Shown: positions 26,136 to 35,513 of the stretch, piece after piece
Position numbering within the stretch: position 1 is the first letter of the stretch
How the letters are laid out: every line of letters starts with the position of its first letter
Origin: Candidatus Sericytochromatia bacterium
GTDB lineage: Bacteria > Cyanobacteriota > Sericytochromatia > S15B-MN24 > UBA4093
Assembly (NCBI GenBank): GCA_036676985.1
Contig: JAKFBU010000004.1
Span: 32,001 to 96,000, forward strand
Reading direction: 5' to 3'
DNA length: 64,000 bases
Notes under the pieces: generated by a model
The model's database searches: none
What the model saw: the letters and a program-made list of their open reading frames with translations, nothing else
What the model was told of the DNA's origin: nothing
Translations under genes and position numbers: made by a program

Positions 26136-27089
26136 ATGATCGCGACCGTCACCCTCAACCCCTCGCTGGACAAGACGCTCACCGTCGATGCCCTGGTGGC
26201 GGACGACACCAACCGGGCGGTCGCCGTCCGGATCGATCCGGGCGGCAAGGGCATCAACGTCTCGCGGGTGGTGCGCGAGTTCGGCGGGCAGACGCTCGCC
26301 ATGGGCCTCTTGGGCGGCCATAACGGCAAGCTCGTCCAGGACGCCCTCAACGACGAGGGCATCAGCTGCGACTTCAACTGGATCGACGGCGAGACCCGCG
26401 AGAACCTGATCCTCGCGGACAAGCGCACCAGCGATCAGTACCGCATCAACGCCCCCGGGCCCTACGTGCGGGTCGAGGAGGGCGATCGCGTCAAGCGAAA
26501 GCTCTCGGGCTGGAGTCGGCGTCCCCAGTACATCGTCTTCTCGGGCAGCATCCCGCCCGGGCTGTCCAAGGAGATCTACCACGAGCTGATCGAGGACGCC
26601 CGCACCAAGGGCCTGAAGACGGCCCTCGACGCGGACGGCAAGGCCCTGCAGGCGGGCGTGGCGGCCCGCCCGACGGTGGTCAAGCCCAACCGCTACGAGC
26701 TCGAGCGCTTCGTCGGCCACGAGCTCCAGGGCGAGGAGGCGCTCGTGCAGGCGGGGCGCGAGCTCATCCGCCAGGGCGTCGAGCTCGTCGTGCTCTCGGA
26801 CGGGCCGCGGGCGGCCTATGCCATTTCGGCCGACGAGGTCTGGGTGGCCACCCCGCCCCCGATCGAGGCGCAGTCCGCGGTGGGCGCCGGCGACTCCATG
26901 CTCGGCGGGGTGCTCTGGAAGCTCACGTGCGGAGCCCGGCTCGAGGAGGCGCTCGCCTGGGGCGTCGCCTCGGGGGCGGCCACGGCCATGACCCCGGGCA
27001 CCGAGTTGTGCCACTTGCGGGACGTGAAGACGCTCTTGGAACAGGTCCGGGTCCGCCGCCTGGAGGCGGTGGGCTCGGCGCGCGGTTAA
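26136..27089 (+). CDS. 1-phosphofructokinase-family hexose kinase (PfkB)
   Basis: TVTLNPSLD, GGKGINVS, SGSIPPG, KPNRYEL, VGAGDS. Confidence 0.9.
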   Translation: MIATVTLNPSLDKTLTVDALVADDTNRAVAVRIDPGGKGINVSRVVREFGGQTLAMGLLGGHNGKLVQDALNDEGISCDFNWIDGETRENLILADKRTSDQYRINAPGPYVRVEEGDRVKRKLSGWSRRPQYIVFSGSIPPGLSKEIYHELIEDARTKGLKTALDADGKALQAGVAARPTVVKPNRYELERFVGHELQGEEALVQAGRELIRQGVELVVLSDGPRAAYAISADEVWVATPPPIEAQSAVGAGDSMLGGVLWKLTCGARLEEALAWGVASGAATAMTPGTELCHLRDVKTLLEQVRVRRLEAVGSARG

Positions 27090-27101
27090 GGAGAGGAACC
27101 C

Positions 27102-27386
27102 ATGGTTCACTTCAAGGAGGTGTCGTACTTCGTCGAGGAGCTCACATGCAAGTTCTGCGTGCGACGCGTCCTCGACGGCTTACGGGCCGTAGACGGCGTG
27201 GTCGCGGTGCGGGTCAGCAGTGCTCCGGTCCTCGACGACATGACCGGCACGGGCTACGGGATCGCCACGGTCAAGTACAACCCGGAGTTCACGGGCGTGA
27301 ACCAGCTCAAGGAGTACCTGGAAGAGGGCTTGAGCTTCACCGTCCGCGAGGTCCATGAGGAGAACCATCCGATCCGGCAGTCCTAG
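27102..27386 (+). CDS. Heavy-metal-associated (HMA) domain protein
   Basis: VEELTCKFCV..V...L..VDGV...V...ATVKYNP fold with CxxC. Confidence 0.7.
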   Translation: MVHFKEVSYFVEELTCKFCVRRVLDGLRAVDGVVAVRVSSAPVLDDMTGTGYGIATVKYNPEFTGVNQLKEYLEEGLSFTVREVHEENHPIRQS

Positions 27387-27512
27387 GCTCCGCAAGCCCT
27401 GGCGATGATTGCCTCCTTATCCGTTATCTGTTAGCATTTGCAAGGTATGGCGCGCGTGCGGCTCAGGGCGGGCTCCCGCGCCATCGCCCGGCGGCGATGC
27501 GGATAGGGGTCG

Positions 27513-30500
27513 ATGATCGAGCAACTGACCAATCGCTATCGCATCCTGTCCCTCCTGGGACAAGGAGGCATGGGCAGCGTCTTCCTCGCGGAGGACGCTA
27601 GCAGCGGCGATCGCGTGGCCCTCAAGACCCTGTCGCTGCAGAGCGCGGGCGACCCCGCCGAGGCCCTCGTCCGCTTCCGGCAGGAGTTCCGCGCCATGGC
27701 GCGCCTGCGCCACCCCAACATCGTCGAGGTCTACGACTTCGGACAGCTCGACGACGGCACGCCCTTCTTCACCATGGAGGTCGTGGAGGGCTGCGGGCTC
27801 GACGAGCGCATCCCCTTTCCGCCCGACGAGCTGCCCGGCATCCTCGCCCAGCTGTGCGGGGCCCTCTCCTTCATCCACCAGCAGGGCCTGGTCCACTGCG
27901 ACATCAAGCCCGAGAACGTCCGCCTGACGCCCGAAGGGCGCGTCAAGCTCATGGACTTCGGCCTCATGAGCCCCACGGGCCAGGCCGGCGGCTCCATCAA
28001 GGGCACGCTCGCCTACATCGCCCCCGAGGTCGCCAAGCGTGCCAAGGTGGACGCCCGCTCGGACCTCTACTCGCTGGGCGCCGTCGCCTATCACCTGCTT
28101 GCCGGTCGCCCGCCCTTCCCCGGCGAGGATCCGCTCAGCGTCCTCAAGGCCCACATGGAGCTGGACCCGGATCCCCTCCGGCCCCTGTGTCCGCAGGTCT
28201 CGGTCCCCCTGGAGCGCACCGTCATGCGCCTCCTGGAAAAGGACCCCATGGCGCGCTACCAGTCCACCTACGAGGTGCTCGCCGATCTGGGCGTCGCCAC
28301 CGAGGAGGACGACAAGGGCACGCTGTTCTCCAGCCCCTTCGTGGGCCGGACGCGGGAGCTTTCGCTCTTCGCCGAGCGGTTCGAGGCCCTCGGCCGCAAG
28401 GAGGCGAGCACGCTGCACGTGGCGGGAGCACCCGGCCAGGGTAAGACCCGCCTGCTCGAAGAGCTGCGCTACCAGGCCCAGCTCGCGGGCCGCCTCGTCC
28501 TGACGGGCCGCTCCCAGGAGGACGCCCTCCCCTACGGGCCCTTCGTGGAGGTCCTGCGCGGCGCCATCGCGAGCCTGCCGGCCGAGGCCGTGGCCCCCTT
28601 CCGGGCGCCCTTGGCGGGGCTCTTGCCCGAGCTTGCCGACGAGGGCGGCCATGCGGCCCTCGACCCCCAGAAGGAGAAGGCCCGCCTCCAGAATGCCGTC
28701 GTCGACCTCTTGGCCCTGGTGGCCAAGAGCAGCGGCCTTGTCGTCCTGATGGACGACTGGCACTGGGCCGACGCCAGCAGCCAGGAGCTCTCGGACGTCC
28801 TGGCGCGCACCCTCCAGGGCCAGCCGGTCCTCGTCTTGACCGCCGGTCGCGAGAAGCTCGGCGAGGGCATGGAGCTCGAGGCCTTCGGCCCGGACGAGGT
28901 GCGCGAGATGGCCGAGGCCATCCTGGGCAGCCGCGACCTGGACACCGCCTTCATCGCCCAGCTGCATGAGGCGACCTCCGGCAACCCGTTCTTCGTCGAG
29001 AGCGCCCTGCGCCATCTCTGGCAGGAGGGCACGCTGCGTCGCCACAAGGGCCAGTGGGTTACCGCGGGCCTCACGCTCTCGGCCACGGACCTGCCGTCGG
29101 ATGTCCACGACCTGTTGCTCAAGCGGATCGACCAGCTCTCCGGGTCGGCCGTGCGCGTCTCCGAGTTCGCCGCCGCCATGGGCCAGCCGTTCGCCGTTTC
29201 GCGCCTGCGCCGCCTGGTGCCGGGCGACGACGACGCGCTCTTCGAGGCGCTCGCCGAGCTCGCCAGCGAGGGCATCCTCCGTGAGGAGGAGGGCGTCATC
29301 CGCTTCGCGGGCGGTCAGCACGCCGAGCTGCTGTACGGTCGCCTCTCCGAAGAGGCGCGGACCCGCATCCACTCGGTCATCGCGGCGGTCCTCACGGAGG
29401 AGCTCGCCGGCGACGACCGGCTCGAGGCCCTGTTCGAGCTGGCGCGTCATCACCTCTTGAGCGACGCCCCGGAAGGTGGCGTGGGCTACGCCCTGGAGGC
29501 CGCCCGCAAGAGCTTCGCGCTTTTCGGCCTCGCCCAGGCCAAGCAGCTCCTCGAGGCGGGGCTGCCGCATGCGAGCGATCGCGCCGTGCGCCTGAGCTTC
29601 CTGCAGCTGCTGGGCGACATCGCCCGCTTCTCGTCGCAGCTGGAGCCCGCGGAGGCCTACTACGCCGAGGCCCTGCCCATCGCCCAGGAACTCGGTCTCC
29701 ACACCATGGAGGCCTCCCTGCTCTACAACCAGGGCATCCTGTTCCAGATCCGCTCGCAGTACGACCCGGCCCTGGAGAAGATCCAGGGGGCGCTCGCCAT
29801 CCTCGAGACGCACCCGAACCCGCGCGAGACCCTGCGCAGCCTGTTCGCCAAGGGGCGCCTCCACAACTTCAAGGGTGAGGGTCAGAAGGCCATCGAGACG
29901 ACCGAACGCGCGCTGGTGCTCGCCCGCGAGGTGGGCGACGTCGGCATGGAGAGCGGCTGCCTAGGCTTCCTCGGTCTGCTGTACGTCCACGGCGCACCCG
30001 ACCGCATCCAGACCGGCCTCGACTACCTCGAGGAGTCCAAGGCCATCAAGGAGCGGCTGGGCGACAAGGTCGGCATCAACGACACCCTGAACCTCCTGGG
30101 CAATGCCCAGATGGCCATCGGCCGTTTCGCGGACGCGCTCGCCTCCTTCGAGCGGGGCCTGACGCTCTGCCAGGAGCTGGGCATCCGCGACGACGAGATC
30201 TGCGCCATGCTCAACGTGGGCATGATGGCCTACGAGCTCGGCCGCTTCACCGTCGCCGTCTCCCACTGGCAGCAGGCGGTCGATGCCGCCAAGGGCTCGG
30301 GCAACGTGCTCTACCAGGGCATCGGCCTGGTGTGGCTCGCCATGGCGCATGCCAACACCGCCGACCTGGATCACGCCCGGACGCGCCTCAAGGAGGCGGA
30401 CGCCCTCGCGCTGGAGACCAAGAACAGCTACCTGGACGTGACGGTCGCGACCTTCGGGATCGAGGCGGAGCTCCTGCTCGGCCGCCTGGTGGACGCCCTG

Positions 30501-32714
30501 CGCCGCGCCGAGCGGGCGGACGCCCTGGGCAAGGAGACGGGCATCCACGAGTACGATGCCAAGCTCTGGGGCCTCAAGGCGGAGCTGTTCACGCGCCTGA
30601 GCGAGCCCGCGCTCGCGGAGGCCGAGATCCAGCGGATGCTCGAGCATGCCGAGACCAACCAGGCTCTGGGCGTGCGCGCCCGCGCGCTCGTGGCTCGTGC
30701 CTTCATCGCGAGCCGCTCGGACGATCCCGAGACCTGGCTGATCACCGTCGAGCCCGCCCTGGAGGCGGCGCGCGAGTGCCAGGCCGCGTATCTCGAGGGC
30801 TTCGCCAGCTGGATCCACGGCTCGGTGCTCCTGCGCCTGGGACAAGGCGCCCGGGCCCGCGCGGCCTTCGAGCTCGCGGCCCAGCGCGCCAAGGAGGCCG
30901 GCTGTCCCCGCCTGGACGTGCTCGCGACCTTCGGCTTCGCCCAGGTGGAGCGGAGCTCGGCCAAGGCCCACCAGATCCTGCCCAAGGCCCGGACGGCCCT
31001 TGCCGACCTGCTGAGCGTCCTGGATGCCGATGCCCAGGAGGACGTCCTCTCGTTGGACGAGCTGTGGCGCGTCCAGCAGGGCGACCTTGCGGTCGCGCTC
31101 GCCGGAGCGAGCGATGCCACGGGCTCCGGGGTCTCCGAGGGCAAGTACCTGACTGCCGTCAGCGAGCTTCGCGTCGCCCAGAGTCAGCTCGAGGAGCTGC
31201 TGCGCGCCAACGACAGCCTCCAGCGGATGGTGAACTTCGCGGCCGAGGCCCAGGGCATGCTGGATCTGCCCCAGCTGCTGGACCGCATCGCGGGCCTGGT
31301 CAAGGGCCTGGTGGAGGCCGACCGCGGCTTCGTCCTCATGCGCGAGGACGACAAGCTCCGCATCAAGGGCTCGACGCTCGACTACCGCGATCGCAACCCC
31401 CGCCACTGGCAGTTCAGCGAGACGATCGCCGAGCGCGCCTACCAGGAGGGCCGCGCGGTCTTCATGCAGGATGCGAGTGAGGACGCCGGCGCGTCGCGCA
31501 GCGTGATGGACCTCCAGATCCGCACGGTGCTCTGCGTGCCCCTGATCCACCGCGACCAGACCGTGGCGCTCGTCTACGTGGACCGGCACACGGTGGGCGG
31601 CGAGTTCAGCGAGGACGACCGGGTGCTGGTCGAGAGCTTCGCCTCGCAGGCGGCCCAGGCCATCGTCAACGCGCAGCTGCACGTGGAGAGCGAGGCGCGA
31701 TCGCGCCAGCTCGAGATGCTCAACAACCTGGCGCGCACCGTCTCGACGACCCTCGTGCTCGCGGAGGTCATCGACAACATCATCGACTTCACGCTCAAGC
31801 TGACGGGCGCGGATCGGGCCTTCATCCTGCTCACGGACGACGGCGAGGTCCTGCGCTGCGACGCGGCCAAGGATCGCATGGGCAACGTGCTCACGGACTC
31901 CGGCGAGAAGGTGTCCATGAGCATCACGCAGCGCGTGCTGTCGACCCTCGAGGCCGAGTGCGTGCTCGACACCAAGGATCACGAGCGCTTCGCCGCCCAG
32001 CAGTCCATCCTGGACCTGAACCTGCGCACGGTCATGTGCGTGCCCCTGATGGTCAAGCAGGAAGCCCTGGGCGTCCTGTACGTCGACTCACAGGCGGTGG
32101 TCAACGCCTTCACGGACCGCGATCTGGACCTGTTGCGCTCGATCGCGAGCCAGGCCTCGGTGGCCATCCAGAACGCGAAGCTGTACGAGCGCGCGACGGT
32201 GGACGGACTCACGCGCCTCTACGTCCGCTCGTACTTCGAGCAGCGGCTCTCGTCCGAACTGCGGCGGGTGCTCCGCTACGGCGGCGAGGTCTCGCTCTGC
32301 ATGATGGACATCGACCACTTCAAGAAGTTCAACGACACCTACGGTCACGCGACGGGCGACGAGGTGCTCAAGCTGGTGGCCCGGGTCATCAAGGAGCAGA
32401 TCCGGGTGGACGTGGACATCCCGGGCCGCTTTGGCGGCGAGGAGATGCTCGTCCTGATGCCCGAGACGGGCATCGAGGGGGCGATGAACCTCGCGGAGCG
32501 CCTGCGCCACGCGATCGAGACGACGGATCTGCCGGGCCCGAACGGCGAGACGCTGCACGTGACGGTGTCGATGGGCGTGGCGACCGTGCCCCTGCATGCG
32601 CAGACGATGGTCGAGCTCGTGGAGTTCGCGGACCAGGCGCTGTACCGGTCGAAGCGCGGCGGGCGTAACCAGGTGACGCTGTACGATCCGGCGGCGAGCG
32701 AGGCGGCGCACTAG
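27513..32714 (+). CDS. Ser/Thr kinase-AAA ATPase-TPR-GAF-GAF-GGDEF diguanylate cyclase
   Basis: Kinase: LGQGGMG, VALK, HCDIKPEN, DFG, APE. AAA: FVGR, GAPGQGKT, MDDWHWAD, GNPFF. Then TPRs, two GAF domains, and DGLT, DIDHFKKFND.YGH..GD, RFGGEE. Confidence 0.92.
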   Translation: MIEQLTNRYRILSLLGQGGMGSVFLAEDASSGDRVALKTLSLQSAGDPAEALVRFRQEFRAMARLRHPNIVEVYDFGQLDDGTPFFTMEVVEGCGLDERIPFPPDELPGILAQLCGALSFIHQQGLVHCDIKPENVRLTPEGRVKLMDFGLMSPTGQAGGSIKGTLAYIAPEVAKRAKVDARSDLYSLGAVAYHLLAGRPPFPGEDPLSVLKAHMELDPDPLRPLCPQVSVPLERTVMRLLEKDPMARYQSTYEVLADLGVATEEDDKGTLFSSPFVGRTRELSLFAERFEALGRKEASTLHVAGAPGQGKTRLLEELRYQAQLAGRLVLTGRSQEDALPYGPFVEVLRGAIASLPAEAVAPFRAPLAGLLPELADEGGHAALDPQKEKARLQNAVVDLLALVAKSSGLVVLMDDWHWADASSQELSDVLARTLQGQPVLVLTAGREKLGEGMELEAFGPDEVREMAEAILGSRDLDTAFIAQLHEATSGNPFFVESALRHLWQEGTLRRHKGQWVTAGLTLSATDLPSDVHDLLLKRIDQLSGSAVRVSEFAAAMGQPFAVSRLRRLVPGDDDALFEALAELASEGILREEEGVIRFAGGQHAELLYGRLSEEARTRIHSVIAAVLTEELAGDDRLEALFELARHHLLSDAPEGGVGYALEAARKSFALFGLAQAKQLLEAGLPHASDRAVRLSFLQLLGDIARFSSQLEPAEAYYAEALPIAQELGLHTMEASLLYNQGILFQIRSQYDPALEKIQGALAILETHPNPRETLRSLFAKGRLHNFKGEGQKAIETTERALVLAREVGDVGMESGCLGFLGLLYVHGAPDRIQTGLDYLEESKAIKERLGDKVGINDTLNLLGNAQMAIGRFADALASFERGLTLCQELGIRDDEICAMLNVGMMAYELGRFTVAVSHWQQAVDAAKGSGNVLYQGIGLVWLAMAHANTADLDHARTRLKEADALALETKNSYLDVTVATFGIEAELLLGRLVDALRRAERADALGKETGIHEYDAKLWGLKAELFTRLSEPALAEAEIQRMLEHAETNQALGVRARALVARAFIASRSDDPETWLITVEPALEAARECQAAYLEGFASWIHGSVLLRLGQGARARAAFELAAQRAKEAGCPRLDVLATFGFAQVERSSAKAHQILPKARTALADLLSVLDADAQEDVLSLDELWRVQQGDLAVALAGASDATGSGVSEGKYLTAVSELRVAQSQLEELLRANDSLQRMVNFAAEAQGMLDLPQLLDRIAGLVKGLVEADRGFVLMREDDKLRIKGSTLDYRDRNPRHWQFSETIAERAYQEGRAVFMQDASEDAGASRSVMDLQIRTVLCVPLIHRDQTVALVYVDRHTVGGEFSEDDRVLVESFASQAAQAIVNAQLHVESEARSRQLEMLNNLARTVSTTLVLAEVIDNIIDFTLKLTGADRAFILLTDDGEVLRCDAAKDRMGNVLTDSGEKVSMSITQRVLSTLEAECVLDTKDHERFAAQQSILDLNLRTVMCVPLMVKQEALGVLYVDSQAVVNAFTDRDLDLLRSIASQASVAIQNAKLYERATVDGLTRLYVRSYFEQRLSSELRRVLRYGGEVSLCMMDIDHFKKFNDTYGHATGDEVLKLVARVIKEQIRVDVDIPGRFGGEEMLVLMPETGIEGAMNLAERLRHAIETTDLPGPNGETLHVTVSMGVATVPLHAQTMVELVEFADQALYRSKRGGRNQVTLYDPAASEAAH

Positions 32715-32734
32715 TTCCTGACCAAGCTCAGTTG

Positions 32735-32922
32735 ACCCCCCCTTCCCCCCCTGCTTCGCAAGGGGGGCATAAAGAGTCCTGCTGTGCAGGATTGCAGAAT
32801 GGGGGCCTCGCAGGGAGGCCGGCTGCGTAGGAAAGACGCCGAAGCCTTACAACAAATCAGCCCCGGCGAAGCCGGGGCCAATCCTTATGCCCCCCTTGCG
32901 AAGCAGGGGGGGAAGGGGGGGT
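32735..32922. repeat. MITE/REPIN-like element, family B, with ~38-bp terminal inverted repeats
   Basis: ACCCCCCCTTCCCCCCCTGCTTCGCAAGGGGGGCATAA ... TTATGCCCCCCTTGCGAAGCAGGGGGGGAAGGGGGGGT; internal GCCCCGGCGAAGCCGGGGC hairpin; between convergent genes. Confidence 0.85.
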
Positions 32923-32930
32923 AAGAGTCG

Positions 32931-33875
32931 CTACTTCCCGAACAACCCCTTCAGCTTGCCCAGTAACCCACCCGGCTCAGGGCCGAGGCCCTGGGGAGCG
33001 ACGGGCTGGATGGAGGGCTGCACGGCGGGCTGGATCACCGGCTGCACCAGCGGACCCGTCTTGCCGCCGCTCAGGTTGCCCGTCATCCCCTTGTTCTGCT
33101 GGTTCGGAGCCGGGAAGAGACGGCAGATGACCGGATCGTTCTTGTAGTTGTCGTAGAAACCGCAGATCGCGTAGGCCTTGCCTTTGAGACGCTCGATGGC
33201 AAGCTCGTTGAGCCGCTCCCAGGCCTCCTCGTACTGGCAGTTGTAGATCTGCTCCATCTGGGCCGAGGCTTCCTGGTGCCCGCGCAAGGTCTCGTCGTAC
33301 TGGAACAGCGAGACCTGGGCCCGCTGCTTCAGCTTGGGGTTGGTTGCAAGGACGTCGGCGATCGCCTGCGCCATCTCGCGCTGGCCGGGGTTCAGGGCGC
33401 GGAAGGGCGCCGGCACGGGGTCATAGGGTTCGGGCTCCGGCTCCACGGCCTCGACCGTCTCGGTCTCGCTCGCCTCGGACGCGAGCGACTCGTCGCCCTC
33501 CTCGGCCGGTGGCGGCTCGATGAAGGCCGCGGGCGCCTCTTCCGTAGCGTACTCGATGAAGGCCTCGGGCTCGGGTTCCGGCTCGGGAGGCAATGGGTTG
33601 TCCACCAGGTGCAAGGCGAAGCGCAGCACGGTGATGGGCCCGCCGAACAGCGTCGTCAGGTGACGGACGTAGTTGAGCTCCTTGCGGACCTCCTCGAGGC
33701 GCTGCGGCACGGCGATCTTGAGCGAGGCCAACGGCGGCGTCTGGAGCTGCCGCGTGCTGCGCGAGGGCGCAGCGGCCTGCTGCGAGCCGCTCGAGACGAA
33801 GGCGTCCGAGAAGTGCTTGGTCGATTGCCGCCCGAGCGGCTGCGTTCCCCGCTTATCGTTCGGAGGGTGCTGCAT
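32931..33875 (-). CDS. Hypothetical protein with TxxL motifs and an acidic Pro/Glu linker
   Basis: Open 314-aa ORF with plausible composition (TQPL, TRQL, TGNL, TGPL; C-terminal amphipathic LLGKLKGLFGK). Confidence 0.65.
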   Translation of the reverse strand: MQHPPNDKRGTQPLGRQSTKHFSDAFVSSGSQQAAAPSRSTRQLQTPPLASLKIAVPQRLEEVRKELNYVRHLTTLFGGPITVLRFALHLVDNPLPPEPEPEPEAFIEYATEEAPAAFIEPPPAEEGDESLASEASETETVEAVEPEPEPYDPVPAPFRALNPGQREMAQAIADVLATNPKLKQRAQVSLFQYDETLRGHQEASAQMEQIYNCQYEEAWERLNELAIERLKGKAYAICGFYDNYKNDPVICRLFPAPNQQNKGMTGNLSGGKTGPLVQPVIQPAVQPSIQPVAPQGLGPEPGGLLGKLKGLFGK

Positions 33876-33942
33876 GCGAAAGATCCCCCAGCTGAGTGCC
33901 AGGGGATCTTGTTCCCACGTCGCTTGGTTTATAACCGGCGAA

Positions 33943-34188
33943 CTAGCGGCCGAAGCCCACCCGCGGGCGCTCCTTGCTCTCTTCCAGCTTGGGACGACGG
34001 AAGATGAACGGGTTGGCCGTCACGAGGGACCACCCCTCCTTGCCCAGGTCGTTGAGACGGGCCTTGGGATCCGTTCCCAGATCCTCGAGGTACTCGTACT
34101 CCCACTCCTGGTGCTTCTTGTCATCGGCTGCGATAGAGGGAACCAACGGGGTGCCGGCCTCGCGACCGGCGGCTCGAACTCGATCCAT
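33943..34188 (-). CDS. Small hypothetical protein (DUF4177-like)
   Basis: AAGGAG RBS; WEY...LNDLGKEGWSLV...IFRRP pattern. Confidence 0.6.
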   Translation of the reverse strand: MDRVRAAGREAGTPLVPSIAADDKKHQEWEYEYLEDLGTDPKARLNDLGKEGWSLVTANPFIFRRPKLEESKERPRVGFGR

Positions 34189-34274
34189 GGAAGGGCTCCT
34201 TTCAAAGTCGGGGGCAATTTTACCATGGATGAACCCGCCCCGGGCCCTCGACGGGACCGGGGCGGTACCAAGGC

Positions 34275-35363
34275 CTAGAAGGCCAGGCGGGTGTGGAGCG
34301 CCACCTGGTTGTTGTTCACGCCGCTGGCGTAGTTGACGTTCTGGTTGTCCAGCACGAAGGCCAGGTTACCGCCGAGGGGGCGGTAGGCGATGCCCGCGAT
34401 GGTCTCCAGCCGGTCGTCTCCCGTGGCATCCACGTTGGGGTCCACAGTGTCGGCCCGGAGCACGAGCTCCAGGGGCTGGCCGGTGAACGCCAGGGGCACG
34501 GTGCCGAAGGCCGAGAGGATCTGGCCGTTGGTGACGGCCCCGCCGAGCGGAGCATCCATCATGCGTGAGCCCTGCACGGCCACCCGGAAGCCGGGCGTGC
34601 TGTAACCGAGGATCACCGAGGCGCGATCGGCCTGGTCGGCCGTCGAGAGGTTGCCGCGGCGCCCCAGGAGGCTGAGATCCAGGCCGGCGAGCGGGCTCAG
34701 GGTGACGCTGCCCTCGAGCGACTTGCGGCCGTCGGTCTCCGTGGCGCGGAAGCCCTCGCCGTTGGCGAATGCCAGGTTGTAGCGCAGCCAGCCGTGGTTG
34801 CCCTTCCACTTGAGGGCCTTGTCCCAGATCTGGATGTAGGAGGGGTTGGTCCCGCCGAAGGAGTAACGGGCCACGCCGCCCTCCATGGGCACGACCGAGA
34901 GCATGCGGTAGTCCCAGTAGCTGTACTCGGTCTCGGACCACGGCATCCAGACCATGCCGAGCTGCATCATGCTGCCCTGGTACAGGAGGTTGTCGCCCTG
35001 GATGTAGGCCATCTGCAGGAGCTCGGTGTGCGGTTCGGTCTGGGTCGTGCTCGTGACGCTGGTGACGGCCGTGCCGCCGACGCCGGGGGGCACCAGGACG
35101 GGGCCCGTGGTGCTGGAAACGGTGCGCACCCAGGTGTCCGAGTAGGCGTTGACCGTCACCTGGCCGGCCCAGGTCGCATCGAGGCGGGCCTTGCCCGTCA
35201 GGTAGGCGCGCATGAGGTTGAAGGACCCGGCGCCCGACGGGGTGGGCATCCGGTAGTCGGCGAAGATGAGCCCGGAGACGCTCGTCGACGGGGTCTGCGC
35301 GAGGGCGGGCGTCGCCGTTCCGACGGCGATCGCGGCGGCAAGCAAGAGGCTGGATTTGGTCAT
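34275..35363 (-). CDS. Putative outer-membrane porin
   Basis: Signal peptide; SGLIFADY...FNLMRAYL, NGEG....D..K pattern typical of OprO/P-like porins; C-terminal Phe; divergent from the ABC operon. Confidence 0.65.
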   Translation of the reverse strand: MTKSSLLLAAAIAVGTATPALAQTPSTSVSGLIFADYRMPTPSGAGSFNLMRAYLTGKARLDATWAGQVTVNAYSDTWVRTVSSTTGPVLVPPGVGGTAVTSVTSTTQTEPHTELLQMAYIQGDNLLYQGSMMQLGMVWMPWSETEYSYWDYRMLSVVPMEGGVARYSFGGTNPSYIQIWDKALKWKGNHGWLRYNLAFANGEGFRATETDGRKSLEGSVTLSPLAGLDLSLLGRRGNLSTADQADRASVILGYSTPGFRVAVQGSRMMDAPLGGAVTNGQILSAFGTVPLAFTGQPLELVLRADTVDPNVDATGDDRLETIAGIAYRPLGGNLAFVLDNQNVNYASGVNNNQVALHTRLAF

Positions 35364-35426
35364 CGGTACCTGCTTTGGGTCGAGACGAGGCGGCGGTCGT
35401 TGGCGATCGCCTGGAAGCTAGCAGGG

Positions 35427-35457
35427 ATTGAAGCATAAATACTATGAATGCCTCAAT
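35427..35457. promoter_or_regulatory. AT-rich inverted repeat, candidate operator between porin and ABC transporter
   Basis: ATTGAAGCAT-N11-ATGCCTCAAT, with a nested CATA-N5-TATG. Confidence 0.5.
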
Positions 35458-35513
35458 GATTTTTGGTAATATGGCCCGAGGTTCCCGCGCCTTCTAGATC
35501 TGGAGTGCCTGCC

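Noticed and set aside
27417-31982. Long antisense and alternate-frame ORFs (e.g. 27417-29864, 29961-31982, 39040-41664, 10771-13695)
   Set aside because: These are shadow ORFs typical of high-GC coding DNA, opposite or overlapping genes with clear motifs, and have no recognisable domains.
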